From contig QPGO01000141.1 of NCBI GenBank assembly GCA_008632985.1, forward strand, positions 186,001 to 243,470: a DNA stretch of 57,470 nt, in the 5' to 3' direction. Below are positions 24,921 to 36,040 of this stretch, in pieces; position 1 is the stretch's first letter, and the number at the start of each line of letters is the position of its first letter. Under the pieces are notes generated by a model, which did not search any database, had not been told where the DNA came from, and saw only the letters and a program-made list of their open reading frames with translations. Position numbers and translations under genes: made by a program. Source of the stretch: Psammoneis japonica. Its lineage: Eukaryota.

Positions 24921-25279
24921 GTGAGTTTGGACCTGATGTGTGCAATGCATGCTCACTGCCAGCTTCTGAGAGAGCTCTGGCACACAACACATGGGATGCT
25001 CCCACTGCTCTCTTTTTGCTGAACTTGCTGCCCCATGCATTCCAGGAAGCAACAGAATTGAGATTTTTCAAATTTCTCCCTCTGCCAAAACACCACACAC
25101 AGCGACATGTCCAGGGTGCAGCCATTTCCCCATTGTCACTCGCACCTTTACATCAATGAGGGTGCAGTCTCATCCAACAACAAGAAACAGATGCAGTGCG
25201 CAGCTGCAGCTCCTCAACTGATGGAGCACATTGTTGAACGAAATCAATGGCACCCCTCCGTTTTGCTGACTTGATTGAT

Positions 25280-26103
25280 TGGAAAGCTCACACGGTGCTA
25301 GTTTGATGACACTCCAAGCAGCACATCAATGGGTAAAATTGATTCACATTTTGCTCCTGACCAACAAGATCCCTCATCATTACAATCCGGCATGGCCTCA
25401 TCACTGTCTATCTTGCAAACATCCGATGGAGGATGGGGATCATATTTTGTGCTGCCCAGAAAATGAATCATGGTGCCGGAAGTTCTTGCAGGGTTTGCAC
25501 AAGTACTGTGACCACATGGATGCGATGCCCACCCTTCAGGATTTCTTGTTGGAAATGTTAAAGGCATGGTTACAGGCTCAGGAAGAGATCACGCATCTCA
25601 ATGACATCGACTGCAGGTGCAAGGAATTGTGGAAAGCTCAGTCAGATGTTGGATGGCGGCAGACTTTCAGCGGTCAGTATTTGTACCTATGGAATGTCAT
25701 ACAGTCAGGCTGTCTACAGGATTTGTGAATTTTGAAGCCATGCCATGAGGAGAACAAACACCCTTTGGATTGGACAGTACAGATTGGGTCATACATATGG
25801 AGAAGCTGGTGGGAATTGTGGGAGGAACACAACAAGTTAGTACATGGCCACGACATGGAAACTCGAAAGTCATCGCAACGTTGCAAGGTGGAAGCAGAAT
25901 TAACAGCAATATACAACAAATGACAGGAATACTTGGCAAAAGACAGAGCAGTATTATTAGTTTCAGTGGAAGAACACCGCGAATTTTCTACTACGCGGAT
26001 ACAAAATTGGATCTCTATGGACCGCCCAAGATTAAAAGAGAGTTTGAAAGAGGCTCGACGTCTAGCGCGTCTTAGCACTCGCACTATTGCAAGCTACTTC
26101 TGA
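25280..26103 (+). mobile_element. 5'-truncated non-LTR retrotransposon (LINE) ORF2 C-terminal fragment
   Basis: CLSCKHPMEDGDHILCCP zinc-knuckle-like motif, then QSDVGWRQTFSGQ and WWELWEEHNKLVHG (W..W..RN...HG type), as in LINE ORF2 C-termini. In-frame TGA stops at 25726 and 25921. Confidence 0.75.
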
Positions 26104-26347
26104 TGGGCGCCTTCTCAGGAGGGTGCCGCCCCTGGCTAATCGCACGATCTTCTGCCGCACTGTGGGTTAGCCGGCGCCGGTGTTGCTGGGCAATGGTGTA
26201 ATAGCACTTAAAATTAGATTTGGTTTTTTTTTTCTTGAGGCTCACTATCAGCTAATCAGTAGTCTTACAATGGCAGTTTGTGTACGGTCCTAACACCCTT
26301 GGCGATTTTTAAGATCGCGAACTTATGGATCAGTCCTCCATCGCATC

Positions 26348-27934
26348 TCATACAGCAGTGTATCCGCTAAACCGCACCTTCACATGATCGCATAGTTCCT
26401 TGAACTCCCTTTCCATGACCTCCGGTATGTTATAGAAATCAGCGGCAGCAAAGTCAATCCAGCACGGTCTTTTGTTCACAGAAACAACGTTCTCAAGTCT
26501 GGCGTCTCCGTGGATAATCCCATTTTCGTGCAGTCTTTTCAACGAGTCTACAATGGACTGAGGAGCGAGTCTTGAGAAGTGGTCACCCACCTCGGACATG
26601 AGCAACGCGGCACCATTTTCAAATACATTAAAACAGTCCTCTTCCAATCCCATGACATCGTCTGGACACAATTGTTTTGCTCGGAGCATCTTTTCCTTTT
26701 CGAATGACAGTCGTTCAATGTTCTTATCTGGACCACCGTAACCGTAATTCTTCAGAACAATCTTCAGCGCTACGTTCACGCCATCCGCTCGCTGAGCACG
26801 GAAAACAAAACCAAAGGCACCCGACCCCAAGAAGGAATTCGACGAAACAGTCAGGTTGAAATGCGCACAGGCATCTTTCAATAGATTTGGTAACGCCGTT
26901 TCTGGAATGAAATCCAGCAGCAGGCGTTTCGATCCACCTTCATCCCATGCGCACGTCGTCACACACGATATGGTTCCTTTGATGCTTTCCACAAGCCAAA
27001 ACACGCGCTTATCAAAGAGAATCAATCTCGTCGACACCGATCCATGGTCTCCAAAGCAAATATGGGCTCCGTAATTGATCACTTCACCGAAAGCTTGATT
27101 GTCTATGGTCTGTTTTGCCTCGCATGTCAGACCGATGTATTCGCGCAGCTTCCATTGGGAGAGGATGCCGAACTGGTCACTCGTCCTTCTCATAGCTTTC
27201 AAAGCTTCGTCCTTGTTGCATTTGAAAGGTGGTTTAATGTCAACCAAGGCTGGATGAATGATAATCAGGTCAGGTTTTTCGTTGTACTTAGACGTCTCAG
27301 AGGTGGTTTTGATCCACTTGTACTCTTCTGAGTTGATAACAGCCGAACTGACATGGTCTCGGACGATATCTTCTAGAAAGGGTGTCATAAAAGACACTAC
27401 TTGATGCTCGTTTTGCATTTTAGACAATGCTGCCATTTCCTCCGCCGTAAGCACACTTGCCTCGTCGGCTGTTCCTTTAAACTCAACGAAGCGTTTTGAT
27501 AAGACCAGTCTGTGCCTTTCCTTGTTTCCAACAAATGCCGCCGAATAATGTGGGGTCGCCCTGTCGGTGTTCTGAGTAGCAACTAGAATTTGATCAAGTT
27601 TCCGGGTAATATCTTCCGTGGAAGACTCGATCTCTGGGTGCAGCGGAGGGCGACCGTGCTGCTGCTGGCGGTGGCGATGTTGCTGAGGAGAATTGACGAT
27701 GAGAGGTACCCTGCTTGTTGTTTCAGATGGCACGTTCTCGCCAGGGTCGAGACATTCGTTCTTCTTCGGATCCACGCCCGCAGCGAAGACGTTGAGCTCC
27801 GGCGCCGAACAGGGAAGACGGTCGCCCCATTCTGTCTTAATCTTTTTCTTCAGATCGTCCACATCAGCGTCATCTTGCAATTCCACCTTGGAAGGTGGAG
27901 CTTCATCAAGCTTGTACCAGACTTTAATTGTCAT
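26348..27934 (-). CDS. Crinkler (CRN)-like protein: ubiquitin-like header, PD-(D/E)xK restriction-endonuclease-like domain, protein kinase (528 aa)
   Basis: From ATG 27934: header VWYKL...DVDDLKKKIK...PELNVF...LDPGENVP..TT...PLIV; nuclease-like EKPDLIII...CEAK...FGEVINY; kinase LGSGAFGFVF, VALK, HGDARLEN, WIDF. The upstream ORF extension to 28390 runs into a stop-depleted repeat. Confidence 0.8.
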   Translation of the reverse strand: MTIKVWYKLDEAPPSKVELQDDADVDDLKKKIKTEWGDRLPCSAPELNVFAAGVDPKKNECLDPGENVPSETTSRVPLIVNSPQQHRHRQQQHGRPPLHPEIESSTEDITRKLDQILVATQNTDRATPHYSAAFVGNKERHRLVLSKRFVEFKGTADEASVLTAEEMAALSKMQNEHQVVSFMTPFLEDIVRDHVSSAVINSEEYKWIKTTSETSKYNEKPDLIIIHPALVDIKPPFKCNKDEALKAMRRTSDQFGILSQWKLREYIGLTCEAKQTIDNQAFGEVINYGAHICFGDHGSVSTRLILFDKRVFWLVESIKGTISCVTTCAWDEGGSKRLLLDFIPETALPNLLKDACAHFNLTVSSNSFLGSGAFGFVFRAQRADGVNVALKIVLKNYGYGGPDKNIERLSFEKEKMLRAKQLCPDDVMGLEEDCFNVFENGAALLMSEVGDHFSRLAPQSIVDSLKRLHENGIIHGDARLENVVSVNKRPCWIDFAAADFYNIPEVMEREFKELCDHVKVRFSGYTAV

Positions 27935-28198
27935 GTGATGGGTTTGCAGTCCGGTAGAGTGTCTGAGGGACAGGTTGTTTCGTTTGCTGTCGTTGCTGTC
28001 GTTGCTGTCGTTGCTGTCGGTGATTTTCACGTACCATGCAATATCCATGATGGCGTCACCCGTCGATGCCCGTCGACGCAAGACGTTCGCATCAATCCGG
28101 ATTGATTGACGCAGCAAGGTCTCCTCGTGTAATCGTCCCAATGCTAAAATAACGTGTGAAACTCTAGCATTGTGAGCGAGGAGCATGCATGCCGCATG

Positions 28199-28606
28199 TT
28201 CAACAAATGAGTGAACCTTGTCATGAGCCTCTGCCAGTGAGGTCTTAGGCACCTTTGTGGCACCAGCAGCAGCAAACAGCAAAGTGATGCTCATCGAGAG
28301 AGAGTGAGAGGTGCTGAGATGACCCACTCTCAAGTGAGCCACAAAACTGGGAAGTTGTGTCATGCCACAGATGCCTTCTAACAGGGACAACAGAGATGTT
28401 CATGCAATGATGCAATCTCCCACATCAACATCAATGATGTCACAATGGTGCACTCACCAGCCATGATGGCCCATGAGGCATTTCCATCAACACAAAAAGC
28501 ACGAGAAATTCGGATGGATGACGAACGAGCAAAAAAGATGTTTCACTCAAATTGTTCCAGTGTTGTCCCCCCTGCTGTTCATAGAAATGCATGCAGCGAG
28601 CCGCAG
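28199..28606. repeat. ~405-bp direct repeat, copy 1
   Basis: Near-identical to ~30195-30597. Confidence 0.9.
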
Positions 28607-30194
28607 TTTAACATTCCATGAGACTGCAGAGTGATCAGGAAAATCAAACCAGCCCAGTTTAACAAGGTCAACTCCCACGACTGCAAGAGCACTTCCTCCA
28701 TTCATGAGCACAAGCACAATGCCACACGACCAAGAGGAAAATTGAGCCCTGTTCATTTTTCTCCTTTTTTTTGCAAAGTGGGAGGCAGCACAACACCCAA
28801 CAAATGACAAGAGCAGTGTCAAAGGGAGCACTGTGTGGGGATGAGTCCATGTCTGTTGCAATCAAAGCCTGGTCACTTTGAAAACACACAACAGAAACAC
28901 TGTGCCAAACACTGCACCCTTTCATGGGAAACACACCAGGCAGCACCATTCTTGCACTCAAATGAACAACACATGCTCAGCCAGTTGCTTGCTTTTTGAC
29001 TCAGCACCTGATCTGAGCAAATTGACACACTGCACACACAGGTTGTGGATGCATCGTTTGTTGCATTGTTTGTTGTGGTGCACATGATCAGGTGCCAAAC
29101 CAGCCAAAAAGCTGGTGCCCTCCCTTCTTGTTTCACCCTGCCAGAACTCAGGGGCCCTGCTGCTCTCCATTGCAAGGAAAAGCACAGTGGCACCCACAAC
29201 TTTCTGATGGCTGTCTCAGCAGAAACAACTGTGCAGCACTCCATAGAAAAGTTAGTCTCTTGAAGCTTCTGCATCCTTTCCATCTCTTTTTGATGACAGT
29301 GTGCCACTCTTGTGGCAATGACAGTCCACCGTCTGTGCTGCAGGCTGTCTTCAATGTTTTGCAGCCCTGTCTGCACCTCTGGTGTGCTTTGTTCTGTGGT
29401 GCAGGATGTGCAGCAGCTTGCTCTTTGTTGTGCATCAATGGCTGGCTTTGTTGCACTGGTGTGTGTTGCACTTGGGAGTGGGCAAGGACTGTTGGCAGGT
29501 CAACTGCAACAGGCTCTTCTCCAACTCTGATGGCAGAGTGCTCTCAAATGCAGTCCCCTGCAGTGATGAGGCAGACTTCCATGCCAGCAAGGATCAAAAA
29601 GAATGGGCAGCTGGTGCACAGCCTTCCACCATGAGCTTTGCCATTTTGTCAAAAGCCTCTTGTGATGGACAGAGCTTTGTCTGCTTGTTGCACAAAGCAG
29701 CATGGTTTGGTGGTGGCTCATTCATTGTGGCTGGACTTGACTCTGATGCAAGTGGGGAGAGACCACAGTGCAGCTTGTGCTTTGGAAGTGAAAGAGTTTG
29801 CTCTCTCAGGTGCAGGAAATGCTGACATTGAATTTTGCACTTCAACTGCTTTGTTCCATTTGTGGCATCTAAGCTCTCTGTCATCACAAAGGACCTGGCC
29901 TTCACTGAGGCATGTGTGCTCCTCATGTTTGCAGCCCTTCGAAGCAGCTGTCACCAGTGCTGCATGGCAAACATCACTTGTTTTAAGCTGACTGTGAGTT
30001 TCTTCTGTTTTCTCTCTGTGGTGCTGCCTGCATGCAACAAGAAATGATGTGCAGTCAAATTGTGGGAATTTGCTAAAGTGGAGCATGCCAGGGATGCAGA
30101 GGAAGAGCTCCTCTGTCCCTCTGTTGTGACCCACTGCCCAGGACATTTTTCTGGGGACCACACCATCAAAGTCACCTTTGTTGATCTCAAGTCA

Positions 30195-30597
30195 TTCAAC
30201 AAATGAGTGAACCTTGTCATTGGCCTCTGCCAGTGAGGTCTTGGGCACCTTTGTGGCACCAGCAGCAGCAAACAGCAAAGTGATGCTCATCAAGAGAGAG
30301 TGAGAGGTGCTGAGATGACCCACTCTCAAGTGAGCCACAAAACTGGGAAGTTGTGTCATGCCACAGATGCCTTCTAACAGGGACAACAGAGATGTTTGTG
30401 CAATGATGCAATCTCCCACATCAACATTGATGATGTCACAATGGCGCACTCACCATGATGGCCCACGAGGCATTTCTGTCAACACAAAAAGCACGAGAAA
30501 TTTTGATGGATGACGAATGAGTGAAAAAGATGTTTCATTTGAATTATTCCAGCGTTGTCCCCCTGCTGTTCACAGAAATGTGCGCAGTGAGCAGCAG
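30195..30597. repeat. ~405-bp direct repeat, copy 2
   Basis: Near-identical to ~28199-28606. Confidence 0.9.
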
Positions 30598-31189
30598 CTT
30601 TGGAATGTCAAAAGGGCCTGGTTCAATTTTCCAAGACCACTGCAGAGTGAGCAGGAAAGTTAAAACAGATCTTTTTCAGGCTGGATCGATGTTTGGCGGT
30701 CAATTTTATTTAGAGCTTGCATTTTTCTAAAAAAAACCGGATGTTTCACACCAATTGTGCACCTTCACCAAAAAAACATTTCAGCGATGGGCCAAACTTT
30801 GTCCATTCACAAGACAACATAGAATGCACTTAGGACCATTGCCGCCATTTCGCGACCTTTGGCTCAATGACTGCAGACATGTCCACAGCCAGTCAAATGC
30901 CAATTGTTGGCCTTTCCTGGAAAGTCATGGCTTGTCCAGCACAAGCAGTCTGATTTTGGCAAAAATGGTGGTTATCAACATCAACAACCAAACACGACAA
31001 CTGGCATTTGAAGGTTGACAAGCGCAGTTTGTGTGAAGGTCTAACAGCCCTGATGGGGGCTGGACACACTCACAAGTGTTTGGGGGTGCTCAGAGGCAAC
31101 GCAAAACAACACGGGCGAAGTGTGGGAAAATTTGAAAATCACGAGCTGTTTAAAAAAACAGTGCTGAGCAACGATCCAGCCTCAACCGT

Positions 31190-31410
31190 AGACACCAGTG
31201 CAAATTCCACGAGAGATGTTAAAAAACCTGCAAAGATGAACATCTTGAAAACCTTGAACTCCAAAAACGCACAAGTCGAAAACACGCTGTTTCGACAATG
31301 TCGCACTTTCGATGCAGCGAGCCCCTTGTAGACATCCATTCATCAACTTTTCAACATCATTTGACAAACCATGTTTCAATTGGCACATGTGTGTTTAATT
31401 TGTCAGCCGT
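31190..31410. repeat. ~220-bp direct repeat, copy 1
   Basis: agacaccag...gagatgttaaaaaacct...aaccttgaactccaaaaacgcacaagtcgaaaa shared with ~32853-33072. Confidence 0.85.
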
Positions 31411-32852
31411 TGACTCACTTTTGGTGCCGTGGAGGTTGCTTTGTTGTGGGAAGGACAAAACAACAGCATGAGATGAATTTTTCGACTTGTTCACACCCTT
31501 CTTGGTTGTAAATCAACAGTGCATTGACGCCGTTGTATTGTCCAATCGTCACAGAGTCTGTTGAACAGCAACAGCTGTTGACATTGTGTCTTTTTGACAT
31601 CATGTTGCCCCCAAAATTGGACACATCATGACGACAGCCAATGTCAACGCTTCGACGACCCATCAGATTGCAGCCACCACGTTTCATCCTGCTCTGTTCA
31701 CTCACGAGAATTTTGGAAATAAATCTATTTTGTTGCCATTGAAGCTGTCTTGCATTCTTGTGCTGCCATTGCTGTGCTGCATGGCTGTGGCAGAAACAAC
31801 GCCAAAGTTGAGATGCGAAATTTTTCGATGCATCGATCCTCTTCATGTTGATGAATCAAGGTGCTGCTGCTGTCATTGACATTTTAACATCTAAATTAGC
31901 TTATGCTGCAATTGCTTTGTGTGTTGCACAGTCTTTTGAGGCCGCGATGCTTGTTTTGTTGCAAAGCAACAAGAAACATCATGACGTTGCATGAATTTTG
32001 ACCCGAATTGTCGGTCTTTTTCACTTCAAAAGGCTCAACTGCTTGACACACATTTGGCCTTGTAGCTTCATTCACAACAATTGTACGTTTTGCACATCTC
32101 ACATTGTGGTGAAGTTGCTGAAATTGCCGTTGGAACGCCGCTGGCATCACGATTCGTCTTCCCCAACATTGCTTTGTTGTTCTTGTGCTGAGTGAATGGT
32201 CAAAAATTTACAGACTTTGCATCCAACGGACAGACATTCTGGCACACTTGGATGGTTAAATGAGCCCATTTTAATTTTCCAAGACACCTCATGGTGCTGC
32301 TGTTTTCTCGTACTTTCTATGCGGAGGGTACAGGGGTCGCTGATCCAATCGAAAAATCTCAGCGCACACATCCAGTGTTTGTTGTTTTTGTCGTAACACT
32401 TTCGCCAGATTGTAATGCTCACGAATTGGAATAATGTCATTTCTATATTTGACCGTAAATGTAGTGTTTATTATTTTCATAAATAAAATCCTTAAGACAT
32501 GAAGACACGTTTTGACTGCGGTTCTGACGCGCTCAAGCGCACGTACGTACGCATGATGTACCAAGAAAGACATGAGTGACGTCATTGATGACGTAATTTC
32601 AACTAAGACTGTTATTAGAATATAAGTTACGGAAAATGCAGTTGTCGCATTTCTTCGCCGATAATGTCTAACGGATATGTAATCGTGGGAATAATAAATA
32701 ATTACGACTGGATCGGCGACCCCTGTGCTGCTGGCATCTTTGGGAAATTAAAACAATCTGTTTTAACGATGACGTGGAAGGGCTGTATCCGTGTTAATTG
32801 TCCTTATTATGATGACACTGTAGAGTTAGCAGGAAAGTTAAAACAGATCCAT

Positions 32853-33072
32853 AGACACCAGCATAAATTCCACAAGAGATGTTAAAAAACCTCCAAAGAC
32901 GAATGTCTTGAAAACCTTGAACTCCAAAAACGCACAAGTCGAAAATGCTGTTTCAACAATGGCGCATTTTTGATGCAGTGAGCCCCTTGTGGACATCTGT
33001 TCATCAACTTTTCAACATCATTTGACAAACCACATTTCAATCAGCACATGTGTGTTCAATTTGTCAACAGTG
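32853..33072. repeat. ~220-bp direct repeat, copy 2
   Basis: Matches ~31190-31410. Confidence 0.85.
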
Positions 33073-35574
33073 TGAGTTAAAAAATGCATGATGGAACAGC
33101 AAGTGTTGCAGGTCATCCTTTGAGCAAAGTGCCTTGTGTGTGGCACAAGCTCTGCATTGCACCACACAAGGGCAGCTGACATTTTGCTTTGCACCCCATG
33201 CCACAAGGCAGGTGTCTGACAAGGTGCCAACTTTAGTCAAAAAGAGGTGTCATTTGCCTCAAGACATGAGTGTGTCATCCATTGAGATGTGGTGGCAGAA
33301 AACCATTTTTGGCAGTCCTGCAGAGCAGAAGCCCATCACCACACCAGCGATGAAGCACAACCATGTGCGGTTCTTTGCAGCATCATGTTGCTGAGATGGG
33401 CAGGTGAGGGAAAGGCAAAGAAATTGTCGCTGAAGGCAAACCAAGCATGACAGAAGCCAGAACTCAGGTGTGGCAGTGCCAGTGAGAGCTGTGCTCTCAG
33501 GTGCAGGTGTGCACTTGTGCCTGAAGCCAACAAAACAAGAAATTCTTAGAATCAAAAGATGCAGCAACACCCCAGAACATGCACTGGTGGCCACAGCAGG
33601 TGATGCAGGTGCCAACAAGGGACTTTGCATGGTTGTCACTGCTGGATTGTCAACACCGGCCAATGTGGGGGGTGCGCTCACTCTTGCTGGAGGAGCCTCC
33701 ACACAATTGCTTGGTGTGCTGCACACATGTGGCATGCTCTTAGATTCACTGCAAGATGCAGGAGCACCTCCACAGTGCCAGTCAGTTTTTGTGTGTGGCA
33801 CAGTGGAGTGCTTGACACACAGGCCACTTGCACAAAGTTGTGACAAGACTGTCCATGCCAGCTGATGAAGGGCTCATTGTGGCCAATGATGGTGGAGTCA
33901 GAGGCACCAGGAGCACATGTGGCTCAAAGGAAAAGAGCTTGTTCCGGCTTTGCAACAATTGACATCACATTGGGGTTGAAGTGAACACACACATTGCAAC
34001 AACTGCAATTGTTGGTTTTGTCTGACAAGCCTCAAGAGCTTCTTGGATTTTGTGGTCAAACATCATTGTTTGTCTAGAAAGTTGCAAGATGGGCTGAGTT
34101 GTCATCACCCAGCAGAGCTCTCTCACTTGAAGAGTCACTTTCTTGAACAACAATGCAACAGAGCTTGCATTTGTGGGATCTCTCATTGCAGGCACAGTGC
34201 AAAGGAATGGGCAATGGTGTGAGACCACATGTGTGATGGAGCAGCCACAACAGCAAAGTCCACAAGTGACAAGAACCTCTTCCCTCTGCAAACCTGACAG
34301 TGACAACAGCATGTGCACTGGCAAGAAAGAGTGGGAAGCAGATCTCAGGCAGAGATCTGCTCAACTGTCCAGAATGGTCAAACCCATTGTCCACACACAG
34401 CCTGCTTGTCATCCATGGATTTTGTGTGCTGACACACAGTGTGCTCTTCCAAGCAATTCAACAGCGCAGCAGCAGTTTGTGCCAACATGTGCAGTGCTTC
34501 CTTTTGTTGAAGTGTGCCTTGTCATCATTGCTGCCTTCCTCTTGTCTTTGTGTCATTTTTCTTGCAAAACATCTCCTGCTGCAGGCAAGCCTTTCCAGTG
34601 CCTGAATCTCTGTTTCTTGTTGTTTCTTTTTTGCTTGTCAATCTGCTCTTGCTCCAAAGCCTCTGGTCTTCCCCTTGCTCTGGCTGCCTCCTGCCACTCC
34701 ACCTCCACTGCTTTCTGCCATTTGGCGCACTTGTTCTTTTGCTGGCACTGCCGAGCTTCTGCAACAACAAGCCCATCAATGCCAGCTGAGCACATTCTGG
34801 CTCCAAGCAAGCTCTTCTTTTACATCCTGCTCAGCTCTGAACATTGTTGCTTCCTGTTCTTTGATGTGAGCCACTCTTCTGCCAGCAGACCCCTTTCTGC
34901 TGCTGCTGCTGCTGTTTGTTCTGTCCATGGTGATGGGTGCTTCATGCTTTGTGTGGCATGGCAGCACATGCACCCACACCACAACGTTGATGTCTGGGCC
35001 ACTTTTGTGCACAAAAACTTGCAGCCCACACCAGGTGAAAAAGGCCCAACTGCAAAACAATGAAGCAATTTCTCTTCAAGGAGATTGGGGCTGTCATGAG
35101 TCACACACCACCATCTGACAATCTGCTGAGTTTGTTGCTTTGCACAGGAACACAGCTTTTTCACACAACTTCAACTGAGCACAAACAATTTTTCATCTGT
35201 GGTGGCTGGAGATTGCTTCTGCTTCTTAGACTCTCTTTGCAGAACAACCACTTTTTGACATCAGCTGCATGCCCTCAGCTTCTTCTGTGTGGGTTTCTGC
35301 ACAACTTCTTGCACTGATGTTGCCCTTTCCTTCTCAGACAGTGCCTTGTTGGCTCCAACAAGCCCATTTTTTTCACATCTGCCAATGGCACAACCTTGTC
35401 ACAGCATGATGAGCAATGTTCATCAGTGGAAAATGACAAGTGTCAAAGTCTCATGGTTTTTTGCATGTGCTGGTTGTCATTTGTCACAATTTTCCATTGT
35501 CTCAGCAGAAAATTTTCCACACAGGTTCCGGTGCAAATTCTGTGCAGTTCAGCAGAAACTGCTGACAATTCACA

Positions 35575-36040
35575 TGTCACATCTCAGGACTGCTTTTGTC
35601 CTTGCCAATTGGTCTTCAATGCTGCTTCTTTTCTCTGTTGTTGATCAAGTCCTTTGCTCTTTTGGGTAAAAGTGCTTTCTCTGTTGCAGCCTTTCCAGCA
35701 AGAACATGAGTTTTCCTTTGGCGTCATTGATTGTCGCCCATTTGTTGCTCTTGCTGGCTTTTCTGCACAAGATCTGACATTGTTTCTGCATGACACCACT
35801 GACTGCTGTCTGCTTGTCACATCTCTGGACTGCTTCTGTCCACACCAGCTGGTCTCCAACACCACTCATTCTCTCTGTTGTTCAGCCAAGTCCTTTGCCC
35901 TTTGGAGTGAACGTGCTGCCATTGTTGTGGCCCTTGCAAGCATGAACATGAGTTGTCCTTCTGTGCCATTTGATTGTCATCCCTTTGCTGTGTCCACCTG
36001 TTGGCTTTTCTGCACAAGATCTGTTGTTGTTTCTGCATGC
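35575..36040. repeat. Degenerate tandem repeat, ~240-bp period
   Basis: tgtcacatctc.ggactgctt.tgtcc at ~35575 and ~35815; ggcttttctgcacaagatctg at ~35756 and ~36003. Confidence 0.7.

Larger units (their letters stand above)
20985..25100. repeat. Segmental duplication copy A (FG-GAP pseudogene + unknown ~1-kb insert + PIG-B fragment)
   Basis: Colinear, high identity to ~37673-42562. Copy A lacks about 750 bp present in copy B at ~39167-39915. Confidence 0.9.

Noticed and set aside
27935..28390. N-terminal 152 aa of the 680-aa ORF
   Set aside because: It runs into the stop-depleted direct repeat. The recognisable header domain starts at ATG 27934.
28199..30597. LTR retrotransposon
   Set aside because: No TG..CA ends, primer-binding site, TSD or gag/pol remnants recognised.
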